A DNA stretch of 64,000 nt from Saccharolobus solfataricus P2 (GCF_000007005.1 NC_002754.1); one strand, 5' to 3'. Shown: positions 50,239-63,584, numbered from the stretch's first letter. Numbers and translations: made by a program. Notes: generated by a model not told the origin, from the letters alone.

Positions 50239-52136
50239 TCTATAACATTTTTGAGTCTTGACCTTATTAATTCTAATACAATTTTCCCATCGGCTCTTCC
50301 TTTAACTTTACTCATTACTTTTGACATTATTAGGTTAACTGCTTTATCTTTTCTTTTCCTTATCTCATCTAGGTTAGAATTAATTATATCATCTATTATC
50401 TTTTCTAACTCTTCAATTGGTAATACCTCGTATTTACGTATTATATCCTTTAATTCCACGTTTTTACTAGTAGTATATTCTACCAGTATTTCTGAAATAG
50501 AATCCTTACTTATTCTGCTCTCATAAATGCTTTTTATTAACTCTTCTATGTCCTCCTCATTAATCTTTGATATATCACCGCCTTTTGATTTAACATACTT
50601 TAGTGTGTTTGTGATCGTACTGGCTATTACAACCGGAGGAACCCTTGGTGAATATTTGTTAACTAACTCTTCAAATAAGTCAAGTCTGGGATCTCTAATT
50701 ATCTCCTTGGCAAGTTCTTCGCTTAAACCTAGCACGATATATCTTTTCATTTTAGACTCTGGCGATTCTGGAACCAGTTTTTTAGCATCCTCAAGTAGTT
50801 TTTCATCTATTCTTCTCGGCGGAATATCGGTTTCTGGATACATTCTAGCTGATCCTGGCTGTGGTCTTAGGAATTTCGTAGTTCCATCATCTAGTGCTCC
50901 TCTAGTTTCCTTAGGAATGCCATCAAATGCCAGTAATATTCTGTCCTTTATTACTTCTACAGCTTTATCTAGCCTCTCTCTTTCGCCAACAATTAGAATT
51001 AGAGCATCTTCAGTTGTCGCATTAAGGGCTTCTCTAACTTTGTTTATCTCCTCTTCGGTTATTCCATAATTAGGTAATTCATCAGAGTGAAATAGTCCAC
51101 CTAATCCTGCAAGTGCTCTAACGTAGTCCGCAATTTCTGTTCCAAATCTTCTCTTTTTTGGTATTAATTCCCAACCCAATACTCCCTTCAACTTATATGC
51201 TCTTATTCCATATACTAATCCTCCCTTTTCTATTCCATTTTTGATGATTTTACTATTAGTATTTTTAAAAAGTTCTGTGACATCTTTTACAACAAAATTG
51301 GACAAAACTAGCTCTTTGGTCAATCCTCTTCTATAAAGTTCTTCCTTTATCTTCAGTAAGTTAAACTGTCTTATTGCTTCATATCTAACTATATCAGGTA
51401 TTAATTCTAGTTTTTGCACCCCCTTAATTTCTATCTTTGTACCGCCTTTTATAGAGATATTTAGATCTTGTCTTATTGTACCTATACCTCTCTTTACCTT
51501 ACCAGTCATTCTAAGTAACTGACCAATCTTTAAGGCAACTCTTTCAGCTTGTTCTGGGCTCCTTATATCTGGTCCAGTTGAAATTTCTATTAACGGTATC
51601 CCTAATCTATCGAGTGAATAAGTTACTTGATCAGTCCCTTCATCTATCTTCCTAGCAGCGTCCTCCTCAACTGCAATACTTTGTATTGAAACTTCCTCAT
51701 CCTTTAGCATTCCACCAAGTGCTATTATTGCGGTTCTTTGGAATCCAGTGGTGTTTGAACCATCTATTACAATTTTTCTCATAACATAGATTTCATCTAC
51801 TATGTTACTGTTTAGTGCCATTGCAATGGCTAAGGCTATTTTTAATGCTTCTTCATTTATTGCATGTGGAGGTTCTTCATCAGCTTCTACAAGACAACTT
51901 GTGGTAATAGGTATTCTATATACGTATTTTTTACCTTTTTTCCACTCAAACAATGCTGCGACATCGACTTCTCCTAATTCACTTAACGCAGGTCTTAAAT
52001 ATCTCTCTAAGGTTAGCTTATATTCTTCTTCCAAATTAGTACTGCAGTTGCAGAATAATTTATGAGGAGTGTTAAGCTGTTGATGAATCTCTAATCCTAC
52101 TTTTAACCCCAATTCTTCATAATTCAACTCACTCAT
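50235..52136 (-). CDS. gatE: Glu-tRNA(Gln) amidotransferase subunit E
   Basis: [42 protein letters not shown]. Confidence 0.97.
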   Translation of the reverse strand: MSELNYEELGLKVGLEIHQQLNTPHKLFCNCSTNLEEEYKLTLERYLRPALSELGEVDVAALFEWKKGKKYVYRIPITTSCLVEADEEPPHAINEEALKIALAIAMALNSNIVDEIYVMRKIVIDGSNTTGFQRTAIIALGGMLKDEEVSIQSIAVEEDAARKIDEGTDQVTYSLDRLGIPLIEISTGPDIRSPEQAERVALKIGQLLRMTGKVKRGIGTIRQDLNISIKGGTKIEIKGVQKLELIPDIVRYEAIRQFNLLKIKEELYRRGLTKELVLSNFVVKDVTELFKNTNSKIIKNGIEKGGLVYGIRAYKLKGVLGWELIPKKRRFGTEIADYVRALAGLGGLFHSDELPNYGITEEEINKVREALNATTEDALILIVGERERLDKAVEVIKDRILLAFDGIPKETRGALDDGTTKFLRPQPGSARMYPETDIPPRRIDEKLLEDAKKLVPESPESKMKRYIVLGLSEELAKEIIRDPRLDLFEELVNKYSPRVPPVVIASTITNTLKYVKSKGGDISKINEEDIEELIKSIYESRISKDSISEILVEYTTSKNVELKDIIRKYEVLPIEELEKIIDDIINSNLDEIRKRKDKAVNLIMSKVMSKVKGRADGKIVLELIRSRLKNVIE

Positions 52137-53463
52137 ATGACCACCTTGGGAAGAGATCTAAAGTGTGACGAGGATTTATTTCTCCCACGAGATTTGTTAT
52201 CATTAAATTTTGTATTTTTTCTAAATCTTGCTCATGTGCAAGTACCCACATGAGTTTTACTAATGCTACCTCTGGTAGCATATCTTCCAATGGGGTGACA
52301 CCAGCATCGAGTAACTGTCTTCCAGTAGTATATACATTCATATTAACTCTTCCAAATAGACACTGTGTTGTCATTCCTATAAATATACCATCTTTAGTAG
52401 CCTTTCTGAATAATTCTATGTGATCTGAAGAAGTATGTCCTAATCCAGTACCAGCTATGATTATACCTCTTATTTTAGTATTAGTTAACATTTGTTCTAA
52501 GAAGTCTCTATCTAATCCTGGATAATAGTATAACAAAAATACTCTATTATCGAATTTAGCGTCAAGCAACGTTTCGTCTTTTTTGCTTATATACTTCTCG
52601 TTAAGCATTACTAGTTTCCTTTCCTTCCAAAGAACTTTAGCTAAAGGTTTATCGTTCACTGACTGAAAAGCATCTCTTCTACTGCTGTGCATTTTTCTAA
52701 CCTTTACTCCTCTATGTACTAATGCGTAAGTATCTGAGGATTCGGCATGCATATTTACTACTACTTCTCCAAACGGTGCATATTTAGCCGTGATAACTGC
52801 AGATAAGAGGTTTATTGCTGAATCGCTACTAGGTCTATCACTACTTCTCTGTGACCCCACTAGTACTACAGGTCCTTGTAACGATCTTAGAGAGAAGGCT
52901 AAGGCTGAGGCTGTATATGCCATAGTGTCCGTACCATGGGCAATAACTATACCAGTGTTTCCTTCATCAAAGGCCTTCTTTACTGATTCAGCTATCTTAA
53001 CCCAGAATTCGGGTTTCATGTTTTCACTTAATATAGAGAAAAGTACCTCAGCATCCACTTTTGCTATTTCGTTTATTTCTGGTAAAAATTGTATTATTTC
53101 TTCAGTGGTTAATGCAGGCCTGACTGCACCAGTTTCATATTCAACCCTACTTACTATTGTGCCCCCTGTGCTAATTATCTTTATTTCGCTCTTAGCACCA
53201 TTATGAACTTCTCTTCTTTCACTCTCCCGATCTTTACTTGATTTTTTTTCGATTGGTTTTATCTCAGTTATATTATCTATAGATATTCCTATATTATAAC
53301 CATTATCTAATTTTATTACGAATATTCTATCATCTTTAGAGTAACTTGGTAACAATATACCTCTTATTCTTAAGTCTCCTTTCTTAATTTCTATAAGATC
53401 TCCTTCCTCTATATTTAGATTTTTCAAAATATCATAGGCCTTTCCTTTATAATTTTCTTGCAC
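52129..53463 (-). CDS. gatD: Glu-tRNA(Gln) amidotransferase subunit D
   Basis: [33 protein letters not shown]. Confidence 0.97.
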   Translation of the reverse strand: MQENYKGKAYDILKNLNIEEGDLIEIKKGDLRIRGILLPSYSKDDRIFVIKLDNGYNIGISIDNITEIKPIEKKSSKDRESERREVHNGAKSEIKIISTGGTIVSRVEYETGAVRPALTTEEIIQFLPEINEIAKVDAEVLFSILSENMKPEFWVKIAESVKKAFDEGNTGIVIAHGTDTMAYTASALAFSLRSLQGPVVLVGSQRSSDRPSSDSAINLLSAVITAKYAPFGEVVVNMHAESSDTYALVHRGVKVRKMHSSRRDAFQSVNDKPLAKVLWKERKLVMLNEKYISKKDETLLDAKFDNRVFLLYYYPGLDRDFLEQMLTNTKIRGIIIAGTGLGHTSSDHIELFRKATKDGIFIGMTTQCLFGRVNMNVYTTGRQLLDAGVTPLEDMLPEVALVKLMWVLAHEQDLEKIQNLMITNLVGEINPRHTLDLFPRWSYE

Positions 53464-53496
53464 AGAAAAAGATTAGGTAATAGCAAAAATAGTTTA

Positions 53497-53655
53497 TTAT
53501 CTAGCAGGAGCTTGTTGTCTGGCTTTTACTACTCTCTTTTCATATTCCTTTCTATTTCTTACTCTTGGTACCTCTTTATGTTTTTCTTTAGGCTGTATTT
53601 TTGGTGTCTGACTTCTAACTTTTCCCGCTTTGGTTAACGAACCGTGTGAAGGCAT
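53497..53655 (-). CDS. rps30e: 30S ribosomal protein S30e (52 aa); absent from the ORF track
   Basis: Manual translation [52 protein letters not shown]. Confidence 0.96.
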   Translation of the reverse strand: MPSHGSLTKAGKVRSQTPKIQPKEKHKEVPRVRNRKEYEKRVVKARQQAPAR

Positions 53656-53720
53656 ATCTACTCTTATTACAACTTGAGCATTTAAACTTAAAAATTTGTC
53701 AGATAGGTTTGTAGTGAGAG

Positions 53721-54959
53721 ATGATGAAAATATACCTAATTGAGCATGTTATTGGAGCAGTTGCTTACGATGAAAATGGAAATATTGTAGACTATATTAC
53801 AAATCCAAGAGATTTGGGAAAAATAACTGAGGAACTATTAAATAATGAAAAGGGTATCCCATTCAGCGCAACAGTTGAGTTATTAAAGAAAGTTAATCCA
53901 CAAGAGGTAGTAGTTGAGAACGAAGCTGAAGTTCCTAAATTACAAGCATTAGGTTATAGGGTTTCATATGAGCCATATAGCAAGGTTTCGAGAATATTTA
54001 GGGAATCATTACCTAAAGTGGCAATAGATATAAAATTTGCAAGCAATGAAGAGGATTATTATAATTTCCTTCATGAACTTTCACTAGAATATACCAGAAG
54101 AAAGCTGAGGTCTGCGGCACAAAAGAGAGACCTTTTAGCTATTCAAGCGGTTAGAGCAATGGATGATATAGATAAGACCATAAATCTTTTCTCAGAAAGA
54201 TTAAGAGAATGGTATAGTATTCACTTCCCAGAATTAGATAAGCTTATTGAGGATCACGAGGAATATGCAACTATAGTATCTAGGTTTGGTGATAGGGGGT
54301 TTTTAACTATTGATAGTTTAAAGGAATTGGGTTTCAACGAGCAAAGGATAAATAGGATCCTTGATGCAGCAAAGAAAAGTATAGGTGCAGATATTTCAGA
54401 AGACGACTTATCTGCAATGAGGATGATTGCGAACACTATTTTAGACTTGTATAATATTAGGAGAAATCTTAATAATTATCTAGAAGGTGTAATGAAAGAA
54501 GTTGCTCCAAATGTAACAGCCTTAGTGGGTCCAGCATTAGGTGCTAGATTATTGAGTATAGCAGGGAGTTTAGATGAATTAGCTAAAATGCCAGCTAGTA
54601 CTATCCAAGTATTGGGAGCGGAAAAGGCCTTATTTAGGGCGTTAAGAAGTGGCGGAAGGCCACCCAAACATGGTATAATATTCCAGTACCCTGCTATTCA
54701 TACATCACCTAGATGGCAAAGGGGTAAGATTGCCAGAGCTTTAGCAGCTAAATTAGCAATAGCTGCCAGAGTAGATGCTTTTAGTGGTAGATTTATAGGC
54801 GATCAACTAAATGAACAGTTAAAGAAGAGGATAGATGAAATTAAAGAGAAATTTGCGCAACCACCACCTAAAAAGCCGCAACAACAAAAGCCACAGCAAC
54901 CACAAAAACAGCAAGCAAAAGGTAAAAAAGGTGGAAAGAGAAGAGGTAAAAGAAAGTGA
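53721..54959 (+). CDS. nop5: C/D RNP core protein Nop5 (Nop56/58)
   Basis: [44 protein letters not shown]. Confidence 0.97.
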   Translation: MMKIYLIEHVIGAVAYDENGNIVDYITNPRDLGKITEELLNNEKGIPFSATVELLKKVNPQEVVVENEAEVPKLQALGYRVSYEPYSKVSRIFRESLPKVAIDIKFASNEEDYYNFLHELSLEYTRRKLRSAAQKRDLLAIQAVRAMDDIDKTINLFSERLREWYSIHFPELDKLIEDHEEYATIVSRFGDRGFLTIDSLKELGFNEQRINRILDAAKKSIGADISEDDLSAMRMIANTILDLYNIRRNLNNYLEGVMKEVAPNVTALVGPALGARLLSIAGSLDELAKMPASTIQVLGAEKALFRALRSGGRPPKHGIIFQYPAIHTSPRWQRGKIARALAAKLAIAARVDAFSGRFIGDQLNEQLKKRIDEIKEKFAQPPPKKPQQQKPQQPQKQQAKGKKGGKRRGKRK

Positions 54960-54965
54960 TAAAAA

Positions 54966-55664
54966 ATGTCTGAAGTAATTACCGTAAAACAAACCAATAT
55001 GGAAAATATTTATGAATGTGAGTTTAACGATGGTAGTTTTCGATTATGTACAAGAAACCTAGTACCGAATTTTAACGTTTACGGCGAAAGGCTGATCAAG
55101 TATGAGGGTGTTGAATACAGGGAGTGGAACGCATTTAGAAGTAAATTAGCGGGCGCAATACTTAAAGGTCTTAAGACTAATCCGATTAGAAAAGGTACTA
55201 AGGTCTTATATTTAGGTGCTGCTTCTGGAACTACAATAAGCCATGTATCTGATATTATAGAGCTAAACGGCAAGGCTTATGGAGTGGAATTTTCTCCTAG
55301 AGTTGTAAGAGAATTATTACTAGTAGCTCAAAGGAGGCCTAATATCTTTCCACTATTGGCTGATGCAAGATTTCCTCAGAGTTATAAGTCAGTAGTGGAG
55401 AACGTTGACGTACTTTATGTTGATATTGCCCAACCGGATCAGACGGATATTGCAATATACAATGCCAAATTCTTCCTCAAAGTAAATGGAGATATGCTTC
55501 TAGTAATTAAAGCGAGGAGTATTGACGTCACCAAAGACCCTAAGGAAATATATAAGACCGAAGTAGAGAAATTAGAGAATTCTAACTTCGAGACGATTCA
55601 AATTATTAATCTAGACCCATATGATAAAGATCATGCAATAGTTCTTAGCAAATATAAAGGGTAG
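54966..55664 (+). CDS. flpA: Fibrillarin-like 2'-O-methyltransferase
   Basis: [36 protein letters not shown]. Confidence 0.97.
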   Translation: MSEVITVKQTNMENIYECEFNDGSFRLCTRNLVPNFNVYGERLIKYEGVEYREWNAFRSKLAGAILKGLKTNPIRKGTKVLYLGAASGTTISHVSDIIELNGKAYGVEFSPRVVRELLLVAQRRPNIFPLLADARFPQSYKSVVENVDVLYVDIAQPDQTDIAIYNAKFFLKVNGDMLLVIKARSIDVTKDPKEIYKTEVEKLENSNFETIQIINLDPYDKDHAIVLSKYKG

Positions 55665-55668
55665 GAGT

Positions 55669-56085
55669 TTGATAGATAAGATTTTTGAGATTGGACTTAA
55701 AGATATATTCTCTTCTTCTCCCGCTGAGTATGTAACTATTAAAGATGCATTAGATGGTAAATTAAAAATTAGATTAAATAACAATTTTTATCATGAAATC
55801 AAAAAGGACGAAGTAGAAAAACTCTCCAGTAGGATTCCGCTTTACTTGTGGTCACTAGTAAAAATTCCCTTTATATTTATTAAGTCGTCTGAAATTGGTG
55901 AATATTTCGTCAGTGGAGAGCAATGGAACAAAAAGGCAATTTCAATTTTACTTGGGAGAGAAATATCTAATGTAATATTAAATGTGGATGTCGAGAAGCT
56001 ATTGAGGGAATATACATCATTAATATTTATAATTCTTAGTCCTACTAGAAGTTATACAGAAGAAACAGAATTAAGTGAGATGTAA
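55669..56085 (+). CDS. DUF61-family protein
   Basis: Position after fibrillarin and the LWSLVKIPFI pattern. Confidence 0.6.
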   Translation: MIDKIFEIGLKDIFSSSPAEYVTIKDALDGKLKIRLNNNFYHEIKKDEVEKLSSRIPLYLWSLVKIPFIFIKSSEIGEYFVSGEQWNKKAISILLGREISNVILNVDVEKLLREYTSLIFIILSPTRSYTEETELSEM

Positions 56086-56088
56086 GAC

Positions 56089-57021
56089 ATGAGCAAAAAA
56101 ATCATCGATGAAGTTATAGACATATTAGAGGATAAAAAATATACTTATACGATGATTGAATATCCAGAACATAATAGAAAATCTGTTGACATCGTTCTTA
56201 ACTCCAAGGAACCCACTCTAATTAGAGTTTCTGAAGATAAGATCACCAAAGAGGAAATTTCTGACTTGAAGAAAATAGCGGTATCAACGTTAACTGCGTC
56301 ATTAGTTGTTACTAATGAAGAAGAAGAGGATATCGTTTCAGTTAAGGCTGATAACGTTTTTGCAATTTCACCAGAAGGATTCAAGAAAGTGATTAACGGC
56401 GAGAAAATTTTCCTTTATAGAACTAGGGGAGGTATATTCATAAAGATTAGGAATTACATATTAAAACATAAGAGAGAGGAAATGGGATATAGTATAGGAG
56501 ATGTGGCAAAATTTCTTGGTGTTTCTAGAAAGGCTATTTACGATTACGAGAAGGGGGATTCCGACGTATCGCTTGAAGTTGCCGAGAAGTTAATAGATTT
56601 GTTTGGAGATGATATAATAGGCGATGTAATATGGGATTCTATAAAAAGCAAAAAAGAAATCCTTGAAGAGGGCGTAGCAGAGTTTTCTCCAGAGAATTTC
56701 AAAGCAAAGTTGATATATAAATTGAAAGAAAGTGGGTTAAACGCCTTATCATTAAAATTAACTGCAGCAGATTTGATAGTTAAGGATAGCGATAATAACA
56801 GATATTTAGTTACAATAGAGAACAAGGATTATAATAAGTCAATGAAGAAATTTTATGAAGCTAAAAAACTGGCGTCATACACGAAATCTGAATTAGTAAT
56901 AATCATAAGGACTTCAAAGATGTTAAAAGAATGTGAAGATCTAGGATATAAAACTTATGAAGAAAATGATATACATTCTTTAATAGATGAAATTAAAGGA
57001 AGTAACGGAAGGCAAGGTTAG
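56089..57021 (+). CDS. Archaeal HTH transcriptional regulator (COG1395 type)
   Basis: [10 protein letters not shown] followed by Cro/C1 [23 protein letters not shown]. Confidence 0.85.
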   Translation: MSKKIIDEVIDILEDKKYTYTMIEYPEHNRKSVDIVLNSKEPTLIRVSEDKITKEEISDLKKIAVSTLTASLVVTNEEEEDIVSVKADNVFAISPEGFKKVINGEKIFLYRTRGGIFIKIRNYILKHKREEMGYSIGDVAKFLGVSRKAIYDYEKGDSDVSLEVAEKLIDLFGDDIIGDVIWDSIKSKKEILEEGVAEFSPENFKAKLIYKLKESGLNALSLKLTAADLIVKDSDNNRYLVTIENKDYNKSMKKFYEAKKLASYTKSELVIIIRTSKMLKECEDLGYKTYEENDIHSLIDEIKGSNGRQG

Positions 57022-58123
57022 AATATTCGTACCAGATCCTACAGGATATATGGTAGAAGGAAAATTTGATCCATCATGGGCTCCAGTATTCTATAATCCT
57101 AAAATGACTTTCAATAGAGATCTCAGCGTAATTGTGGTTAGCATATTAAAACCTAAGATAATAGTAGACGCGTTAAGCGCAACGGGCATAAGAGGAATTA
57201 GATACTACGTTGAATCGTGGAAAAGCGAACAACTAATTCTAAATGATAAAAATCCAAATGCCACTTCTTTAATTCAAATAAATGCGAAAAATAATGGGAT
57301 TGAAAATGCTAAAATTTATAATAAAGACGCGAACGCTTTACTCTACGAAGTAAAAAGTGACTACATCGATATAGATCCTTTTGGTTCTCCTGCACCTTTT
57401 ATTCTTTCATCCTTAAACGCCGCAACAAGAAATGGAATCGTAGCATTTACAGCAACTGACCTATCTCCGCTTGAGGGATCCTCACCAACATCATGTAGAC
57501 GAAAATATGACGCAATTAATCACAAACTTTCCTCATCCAAGGAACTTGGATTAAGAGTACTTATTGGCAAGATAATTAGAGAAGCCGCGATATTAGAAAA
57601 GACAGTATATCCGCTATTCTCTTTTTATGCAGATTATTATTATAGACTATTTGTAAGAGTGGAGAATGGTGCTAGAAAGGCAGACGATAATATTAATAAG
57701 CATCTTAAATATTTTGGAGAATGCCCCCGCTGTGGATTTCAGACATTCGTAGAGGAGAATTGTAAGACTAAGTGCCCCGTATGTGGCGAGATTTTTAGTA
57801 TTATTGGTCCTTTGTATATTGGTCCTCTTTATAGTATGGAGTTTTTAAAAAGAATAATGGATTTATATAGTAATTTTAACTACTTGACCTCTTTTAATAG
57901 AATACAAAAGTTACTTAATGTAATAGAAAAGGAGGCAAGATTTAAAAATGTATTCTATAATATCAGTAAGCTCGCATCCAAATTAAAAATTTCAGCTATT
58001 CCTCCTATTGAATCTATTTTAGAATGTCTAGGTGATGCTTCCAGAACTCATTTTGCTCCTACTGGGATAAGGACCGATAAGGAATATGAAGAAATAACAA
58101 AGTGTATTAAGAGCTTAAGATAA
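56987..58123 (+). CDS. trm1: tRNA G26 N2,N2-dimethyltransferase
   Basis: [36 protein letters not shown]. Confidence 0.96.
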   Translation: MKLKEVTEGKVRIFVPDPTGYMVEGKFDPSWAPVFYNPKMTFNRDLSVIVVSILKPKIIVDALSATGIRGIRYYVESWKSEQLILNDKNPNATSLIQINAKNNGIENAKIYNKDANALLYEVKSDYIDIDPFGSPAPFILSSLNAATRNGIVAFTATDLSPLEGSSPTSCRRKYDAINHKLSSSKELGLRVLIGKIIREAAILEKTVYPLFSFYADYYYRLFVRVENGARKADDNINKHLKYFGECPRCGFQTFVEENCKTKCPVCGEIFSIIGPLYIGPLYSMEFLKRIMDLYSNFNYLTSFNRIQKLLNVIEKEARFKNVFYNISKLASKLKISAIPPIESILECLGDASRTHFAPTGIRTDKEYEEITKCIKSLR

Positions 58124-58492
58124 AGCTTTTTCTATGATCCAGCCAGATAATTTACTGCAAGTTTGTGGACTTACATGTATTCCATTTCCACATTTGGTTA
58201 AGCTTTTACAACTTAAGCAAGGAATTTCATCTAAACCATTAAGATTTATATAAATGTTTATATTATAATTATTATCAACAGCAAATAGTTTTACTATATT
58301 TTTCCCATTTTCTTTCACTGCTTTTTTAATAATTAGTTTCTTCTCGACTAATCTTTTTATAATACTACTAATTTCTCTTATAGGCAAACCAACGGATCTA
58401 GCAAGTTCCTGTTGTGAAATCCCCTTTTCTCCCATTTCTTTTATCTTTTTATGTACTATTGCTTCATAATTACTTGTTGAATCTGATTCCAT
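58115..58492 (-). CDS. tfeB: TFE beta subunit (RPC34/RPC39-like; winged helix plus 4Fe-4S cluster)
   Basis: GISQQEL winged helix; [12 protein letters not shown]...PQTC Fe-S motif. Confidence 0.88.
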   Translation of the reverse strand: MESDSTSNYEAIVHKKIKEMGEKGISQQELARSVGLPIREISSIIKRLVEKKLIIKKAVKENGKNIVKLFAVDNNYNINIYINLNGLDEIPCLSCKSLTKCGNGIHVSPQTCSKLSGWIIEKALS

Positions 58493-58674
58493 CTTCTACA
58501 CCCGTGTTGGCTAAAATATATATATGTATTCCACGCTTATTTATTTTACTGTTTTTAATGAGTACGTTAAACACTCCTTACTGATGATTGATCACTTTTT
58601 AATACTTTTACTTATAATTAACATTTAAAACAAATAAATTCTTCTTATAACAATTTTATTTAATTCGGCAAAAA

Positions 58675-59556
58675 TCATAATGTAACTACAATGTCAAAAT
58701 TATCCACGATATCTTTATATCTATTCCTTATAGTTACTTCGGTAATATCTAATGAATCTGCAACTTCTTTCTGCGTCTTTTTTATATCCATTAATGCTGA
58801 TATTAAGTAAACGGAAGCTGCGCTCAAAGATAAGTATCCTTTACCACTTGTTAACCCTTGCTTATGCATAAGGTCTACTAATTCAGATGCCTTTGTTCCT
58901 ATAATTGGAGGTAAATTTAGTTTATATAATATCTTCGGTATATATTCTGCTGGTTTTATTTTAGGACGAAAGCCTGGTATTGAATTTGCAACATATTGGA
59001 CTCTTTTCAACGCGCTCCAAAATTCACTAGAAGATATGGAATATCTAACTTTAAATTCTTGGAGATGTCTCGGTATGTTGTTTACTTGGCAAGAATAGTA
59101 TAAGGCGGCTACTATTAACGTATACTGATCAATCCTTTTAGTTAGTCCAGTTTCTACCATTTTCCTTATTATTAAGGATGCAGTCTCTTTGACATGTTCT
59201 GGCAATTCTAACTTTGAGCTCTCATCATTTAAAATTGAAAGTAAGGTGACTAGCTTTTTATCCTTAGGCGATACACGTATTTTATTTTGCATTCTTTGCA
59301 TTTTCAATGTTTTTAGTCTATCTTTAGCCCTACCGTACCCTATTATAGTATGAAATCCCCAGTCATGTACTTTTGGAGTGCTTGGACTACCTACTCTTTC
59401 TTTTTCATTTCTGTCTTTTGCGTTATAGGCTCTCCAATCTGGACCAGGATCTACTGCACTATCCTCTATTACGCTGGCACAATTTGTACAAACGTACATT
59501 CCTTTTTCCACATCATAAGTTATTGCATTATCTGTTTTACAATATGGGCATTTCAT
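58675..59556 (-). CDS. tfb2: Transcription factor B paralogue (TFB2 type)
   Basis: Zn ribbon CPYC/CTNC, B-reader DPGPDWRAY, two cyclin folds, TEVTIRNRY. Confidence 0.9.
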   Translation of the reverse strand: MKCPYCKTDNAITYDVEKGMYVCTNCASVIEDSAVDPGPDWRAYNAKDRNEKERVGSPSTPKVHDWGFHTIIGYGRAKDRLKTLKMQRMQNKIRVSPKDKKLVTLLSILNDESSKLELPEHVKETASLIIRKMVETGLTKRIDQYTLIVAALYYSCQVNNIPRHLQEFKVRYSISSSEFWSALKRVQYVANSIPGFRPKIKPAEYIPKILYKLNLPPIIGTKASELVDLMHKQGLTSGKGYLSLSAASVYLISALMDIKKTQKEVADSLDITEVTIRNRYKDIVDNFDIVVTL

Positions 59557-59825
59557 TTTCTTGACCTCCTCTCGCTGTGGTTTACAAATATTTTTTCAGT
59601 TTCCGAAATTTCTAAATCTTTATCTAACATAGCTAGAGCATATGGTTCTTTTACGTTTCCTAACACGTCTAAGATTTTTCCTATTTTCTGCCCATTTCTA
59701 TTGTATATAGCTTTTCCTATTATGTTATGTCTCGTAAAGTCTATATTACTCCTTAATTTTATTAAAATCTTATCTTTTAAAACGTTCTTTGTAAATGTGC
59801 CAATTTCATTAAAATCGTTTTTCAT
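59553..59825 (-). CDS. gar1: H/ACA RNP subunit Gar1
   Basis: [17 protein letters not shown]. Confidence 0.85.
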   Translation of the reverse strand: MKNDFNEIGTFTKNVLKDKILIKLRSNIDFTRHNIIGKAIYNRNGQKIGKILDVLGNVKEPYALAMLDKDLEISETEKIFVNHSERRSRK

Positions 59826-59979
59826 CTCATTTTTATGTTACGCGTATATAGGTTTATTATTAATTGTTGATAATACCTATGTATTCATATTAGTTGGTTA
59901 AGGACATTTTTAGGACTTGCTGAAGGTTATTATGTGGGAAATAGTTATTTATACGTATTCGCTACTAAAATAGACAAGA

Positions 59980-60876
59980 ATGTCATCCATATCAGCGGAC
60001 ACAGACGAATTATATAAGAAGATATCTGAGCTCAAAGAGAATATAGTTAGACTAAAGCAACTCAAGTTAGAACTTATTGAAAAGGTCAAAAAAATGAGAG
60101 AGAAAAGGAGGGAAAAAATAGCCAAAGTAAAAGAGTTGACGCAGCAAATTAACGTAGTAAGGCAAGAGTATAAAATGAAATTAGAGGAATTTAACCAGCT
60201 TAAAGAGAGGAGAAAAAATCTGATTGAAATAATTCAGCAAATTAGAAAAGATTTCGAAGAAGTTAAAAAACTTTCTTCTAATAACCTAGGTAATCCAGAT
60301 TCGATAGAGAGGAAAATAAGGGAGCTAGAATGGAAATTACAAACCAGTTCTCTTACATTAGAGGAAGAGAAAAAAGTTATACAGAGAATTGCTGAACTAG
60401 AGAAGAAATTACAAGATGCTAAAAAGATTATGAAAATAAAGGAGAAGAGAACTGAAGAAAAAGCCGAATTACTAGCTAAAAAGGTTGAGCTGAATACAAT
60501 TAGGGAAAGGATTAAGACACTTATAAATGAGATAACAGAAAAGAAGAATATTATAAAGAAACTAGTTGAAGAGAGAAATAAATTAAGAGATGAGATAAAT
60601 GGTTTAAACAATGAAATAGAAAATATTTCCAAGCAGATAGAAGAGTTAAATGTAGAAATTAAAAACAAGAGTAATGAGCTAAATGAGGCCCAGAGGGCAT
60701 TAAAAAGCCTTCAAGAAAATCCAGTACAAGTCAATACTACTGAGTTCATTGAGAAAAAGAAGAAGAGTATAGAGGAGAAGCTTAAGCAGAATAAGAGGTT
60801 ATCTTTTGAAGAATTTTTAATACTTTATGGGGAAGTAGATAATAAGGATGGTAAAGACAATAGTAATATACGTTGA
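59980..60876 (+). CDS. Archaeal coiled-coil protein (COG1340 type)
   Basis: Continuous heptad E/K pattern; LEWKLQTSSLTLEEEKKVIQRIAEL; RLSFEEF. Confidence 0.85.
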   Translation: MSSISADTDELYKKISELKENIVRLKQLKLELIEKVKKMREKRREKIAKVKELTQQINVVRQEYKMKLEEFNQLKERRKNLIEIIQQIRKDFEEVKKLSSNNLGNPDSIERKIRELEWKLQTSSLTLEEEKKVIQRIAELEKKLQDAKKIMKIKEKRTEEKAELLAKKVELNTIRERIKTLINEITEKKNIIKKLVEERNKLRDEINGLNNEIENISKQIEELNVEIKNKSNELNEAQRALKSLQENPVQVNTTEFIEKKKKSIEEKLKQNKRLSFEEFLILYGEVDNKDGKDNSNIR

Positions 60877-61915
60877 TATTGATGATGATATAGGAGATTT
60901 AGGGTTTTCTACACCAATTATAGGAGAGGAGAAATGTAAGCTAACACTTGATAAAGCAGCGTATTTTATGCCGACAGATTCTGATTTTAATTCGATGGTA
61001 GTAGCATTCAATATTTATACTGATCTAAAAAGAAAAGGGGAAGACACTGAGATAGTTTTCATATCGGGGTCAAAAAAGGGTGGTACTGAGTCACAGTTAG
61101 AATTTTCAAAAAAATTAGACAAAGTAATTGAGGAGTTATCGCCAGAATATGCGGTAGTAGTCTATGATAGTCCAGATGATGCTCGCGCGATACCTATAAT
61201 TCAATCCAGATTAAAGATTTCTGCGGTTCAGCAAGTAATCGTAGAGCAGTATAGGGGAGTAGAGGAGACATATATGCTCCTTGCAAAATATATAAGAAAA
61301 GCCGTAACGGAAAAGAGATATGCAAGAGTTTTCTTAGGTGTACCTGGCATAATATTAGCATTAGCTGGAATATTAGCTGCTCTGAATTTGTCAGTTTACA
61401 TAGAACCGACAATATTAATTATACTAGGAGTCGCAATGGTTATAAAAGGTCTCAAAATAGACGATCTTATAGAGAGTTGGTGGGAGAATTCCACAATAAT
61501 GGTGATAACGGCTACAGTATCTATTATCTCTCTTTTAATAGGTGTGATTAACCTTTATATACAACTTCAGATAGTTAGGGGACTAAGTAGTATACAAGAA
61601 TTTGCTTTTATAATTCTTCAAATTTTACCATATGCTTCATTTTCCGCCATAATCTTGTTTGGTGGTAAGGCTATCTCGAAGGGATTAAATAGAGATATTA
61701 GGGTATGGCATGATATAATTAAAATCATAAATATCGTTATAATTTATTTCATATTATTTACTGTTGTGAAAGACATTATAGATAATACTTATATTCTAAC
61801 TTTTCAATCATTATATACTCTAATATTGGCTTCTATAGTTATCATTTCAATATATATTACCTTAACGGCATTAGAAAAATATGGAATTCTGGAGAAACTC
61901 ATAAAAAGAATCTAG
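60848..61915 (+). CDS. DUF373-family membrane protein
   Basis: YVDIDDDIG, DSDFNS, SPDD, VIVEQ, RVFLGVPG followed by multiple TM helices. Confidence 0.85.
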   Translation: MVKTIVIYVDIDDDIGDLGFSTPIIGEEKCKLTLDKAAYFMPTDSDFNSMVVAFNIYTDLKRKGEDTEIVFISGSKKGGTESQLEFSKKLDKVIEELSPEYAVVVYDSPDDARAIPIIQSRLKISAVQQVIVEQYRGVEETYMLLAKYIRKAVTEKRYARVFLGVPGIILALAGILAALNLSVYIEPTILIILGVAMVIKGLKIDDLIESWWENSTIMVITATVSIISLLIGVINLYIQLQIVRGLSSIQEFAFIILQILPYASFSAIILFGGKAISKGLNRDIRVWHDIIKIINIVIIYFILFTVVKDIIDNTYILTFQSLYTLILASIVIISIYITLTALEKYGILEKLIKRI

Positions 61916-62108
61916 TTAATTTATCTTTAACTTCTATTGGTAGATTATCCATCTTTATTACTATAGCGTTCTTAGGTCTATTCTTACTTACATGACTGGT
62001 TAGAACATATTTTTCAACTGAGTTATCGTCCCTTGATTTTAGTATCCTTACTTTAACGTATTTGCCATTATTTAGATCTATATAAACGTACTTGCCATGT
62101 TTGAGCAT
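61899..62108 (-). CDS. Small basic crenarchaeal protein (DUF5622-like)
   Basis: KHGKYVYIDL..GKYVKVRILK pattern; GGTGA SD 5' of ATG. Confidence 0.75.
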   Translation of the reverse strand: MLKHGKYVYIDLNNGKYVKVRILKSRDDNSVEKYVLTSHVSKNRPKNAIVIKMDNLPIEVKDKLTRFFL

Positions 62109-62138
62109 TTCTTGTCACCAAAGTTTTAATGTTGTTTA

Positions 62139-62987
62139 GTGTTTATATCGTTTGTGGAATATCTATTAATAGATGCTGGTGGTACATCTACTAAAGTTTT
62201 CGTCCATGACGGTGAAAAAATAGTAAGGCAGTACAAATACGAACCAGCAAGTGTAGATAAAGTGGGTCCCTATAAGTCGGTTCTAAGGCTAAGTAATATA
62301 GTCTCAATATTCAATAAGAAATTTGATAGAATTGCAATATCTTTAGCCGGGATCGACAGCGAGGTTATGGCAAAAGAGGTAAAAGGTCAATTATATCCGC
62401 GCTTAAGTAAATATGCAGATAAGGTAATTATAGAACACGACGCTCATGTTGTACTTATGTCTAATGCAGATAAGGGATGTATAACTATTGCAGGGACTGG
62501 TAGTATAGTATATGGTTTTGATGGAAGTCAAAGGATAATAAAGGGCGATAGAGGATGGCTAGTTGGCGATATATGTTCCGGATTCTGGCTAGGTAGAGAG
62601 TTTTTACATGAGTTATTAAGAGAGTTTCAAGGGCTCTCCAATGATAGAAGTTTAACTCAATTCTCTACTTTCAAAACTGAAGAGGACTTAGTGAGATTCC
62701 TTTATAAAAACTCTTGTAATCCAGCTAAAATAGCCCAATTTTCAGTTAATTTGTTAAACGCTATAAGGCAAAATAACATAAAGGCAATTAGAATTTTGAA
62801 CAACTGCATGTCAGAATTCTCTACTTTAGTGCAAATGGTATGTAAAGCTGTAAACTCTAATGTGGTATACTATTTTGGTGGAATGTATGAATCGCCAGTT
62901 TATGTATCCTTTTTCAAGAGAGAACTAGAGAAGAAGGGAATAAAAAGCGTTAAAAGTAGAAGTGTAATAAACGGTTTGCTTAGGCTT

Positions 62988-62999
<12 letters not shown>
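62139..62999 (+). CDS. BadF/BadG/N-acetylglucosamine kinase-like ATPase (ASKHA fold)
   Basis: [36 protein letters not shown]. Confidence 0.88.

Positions 63000-63584
<585 letters not shown>

Noticed and set aside
58555-58600. CTGATGATTGA cluster between tfeB and tfb2
   Set aside because: Boxes do not form a C-guide-D'-C'-guide-D order on either strand
59848-59880. Imperfect inverted repeat ATAGGT...ACCTAT in the gar1/coiled-coil intergenic region
   Set aside because: Short, bulged and AT-rich; within chance expectation
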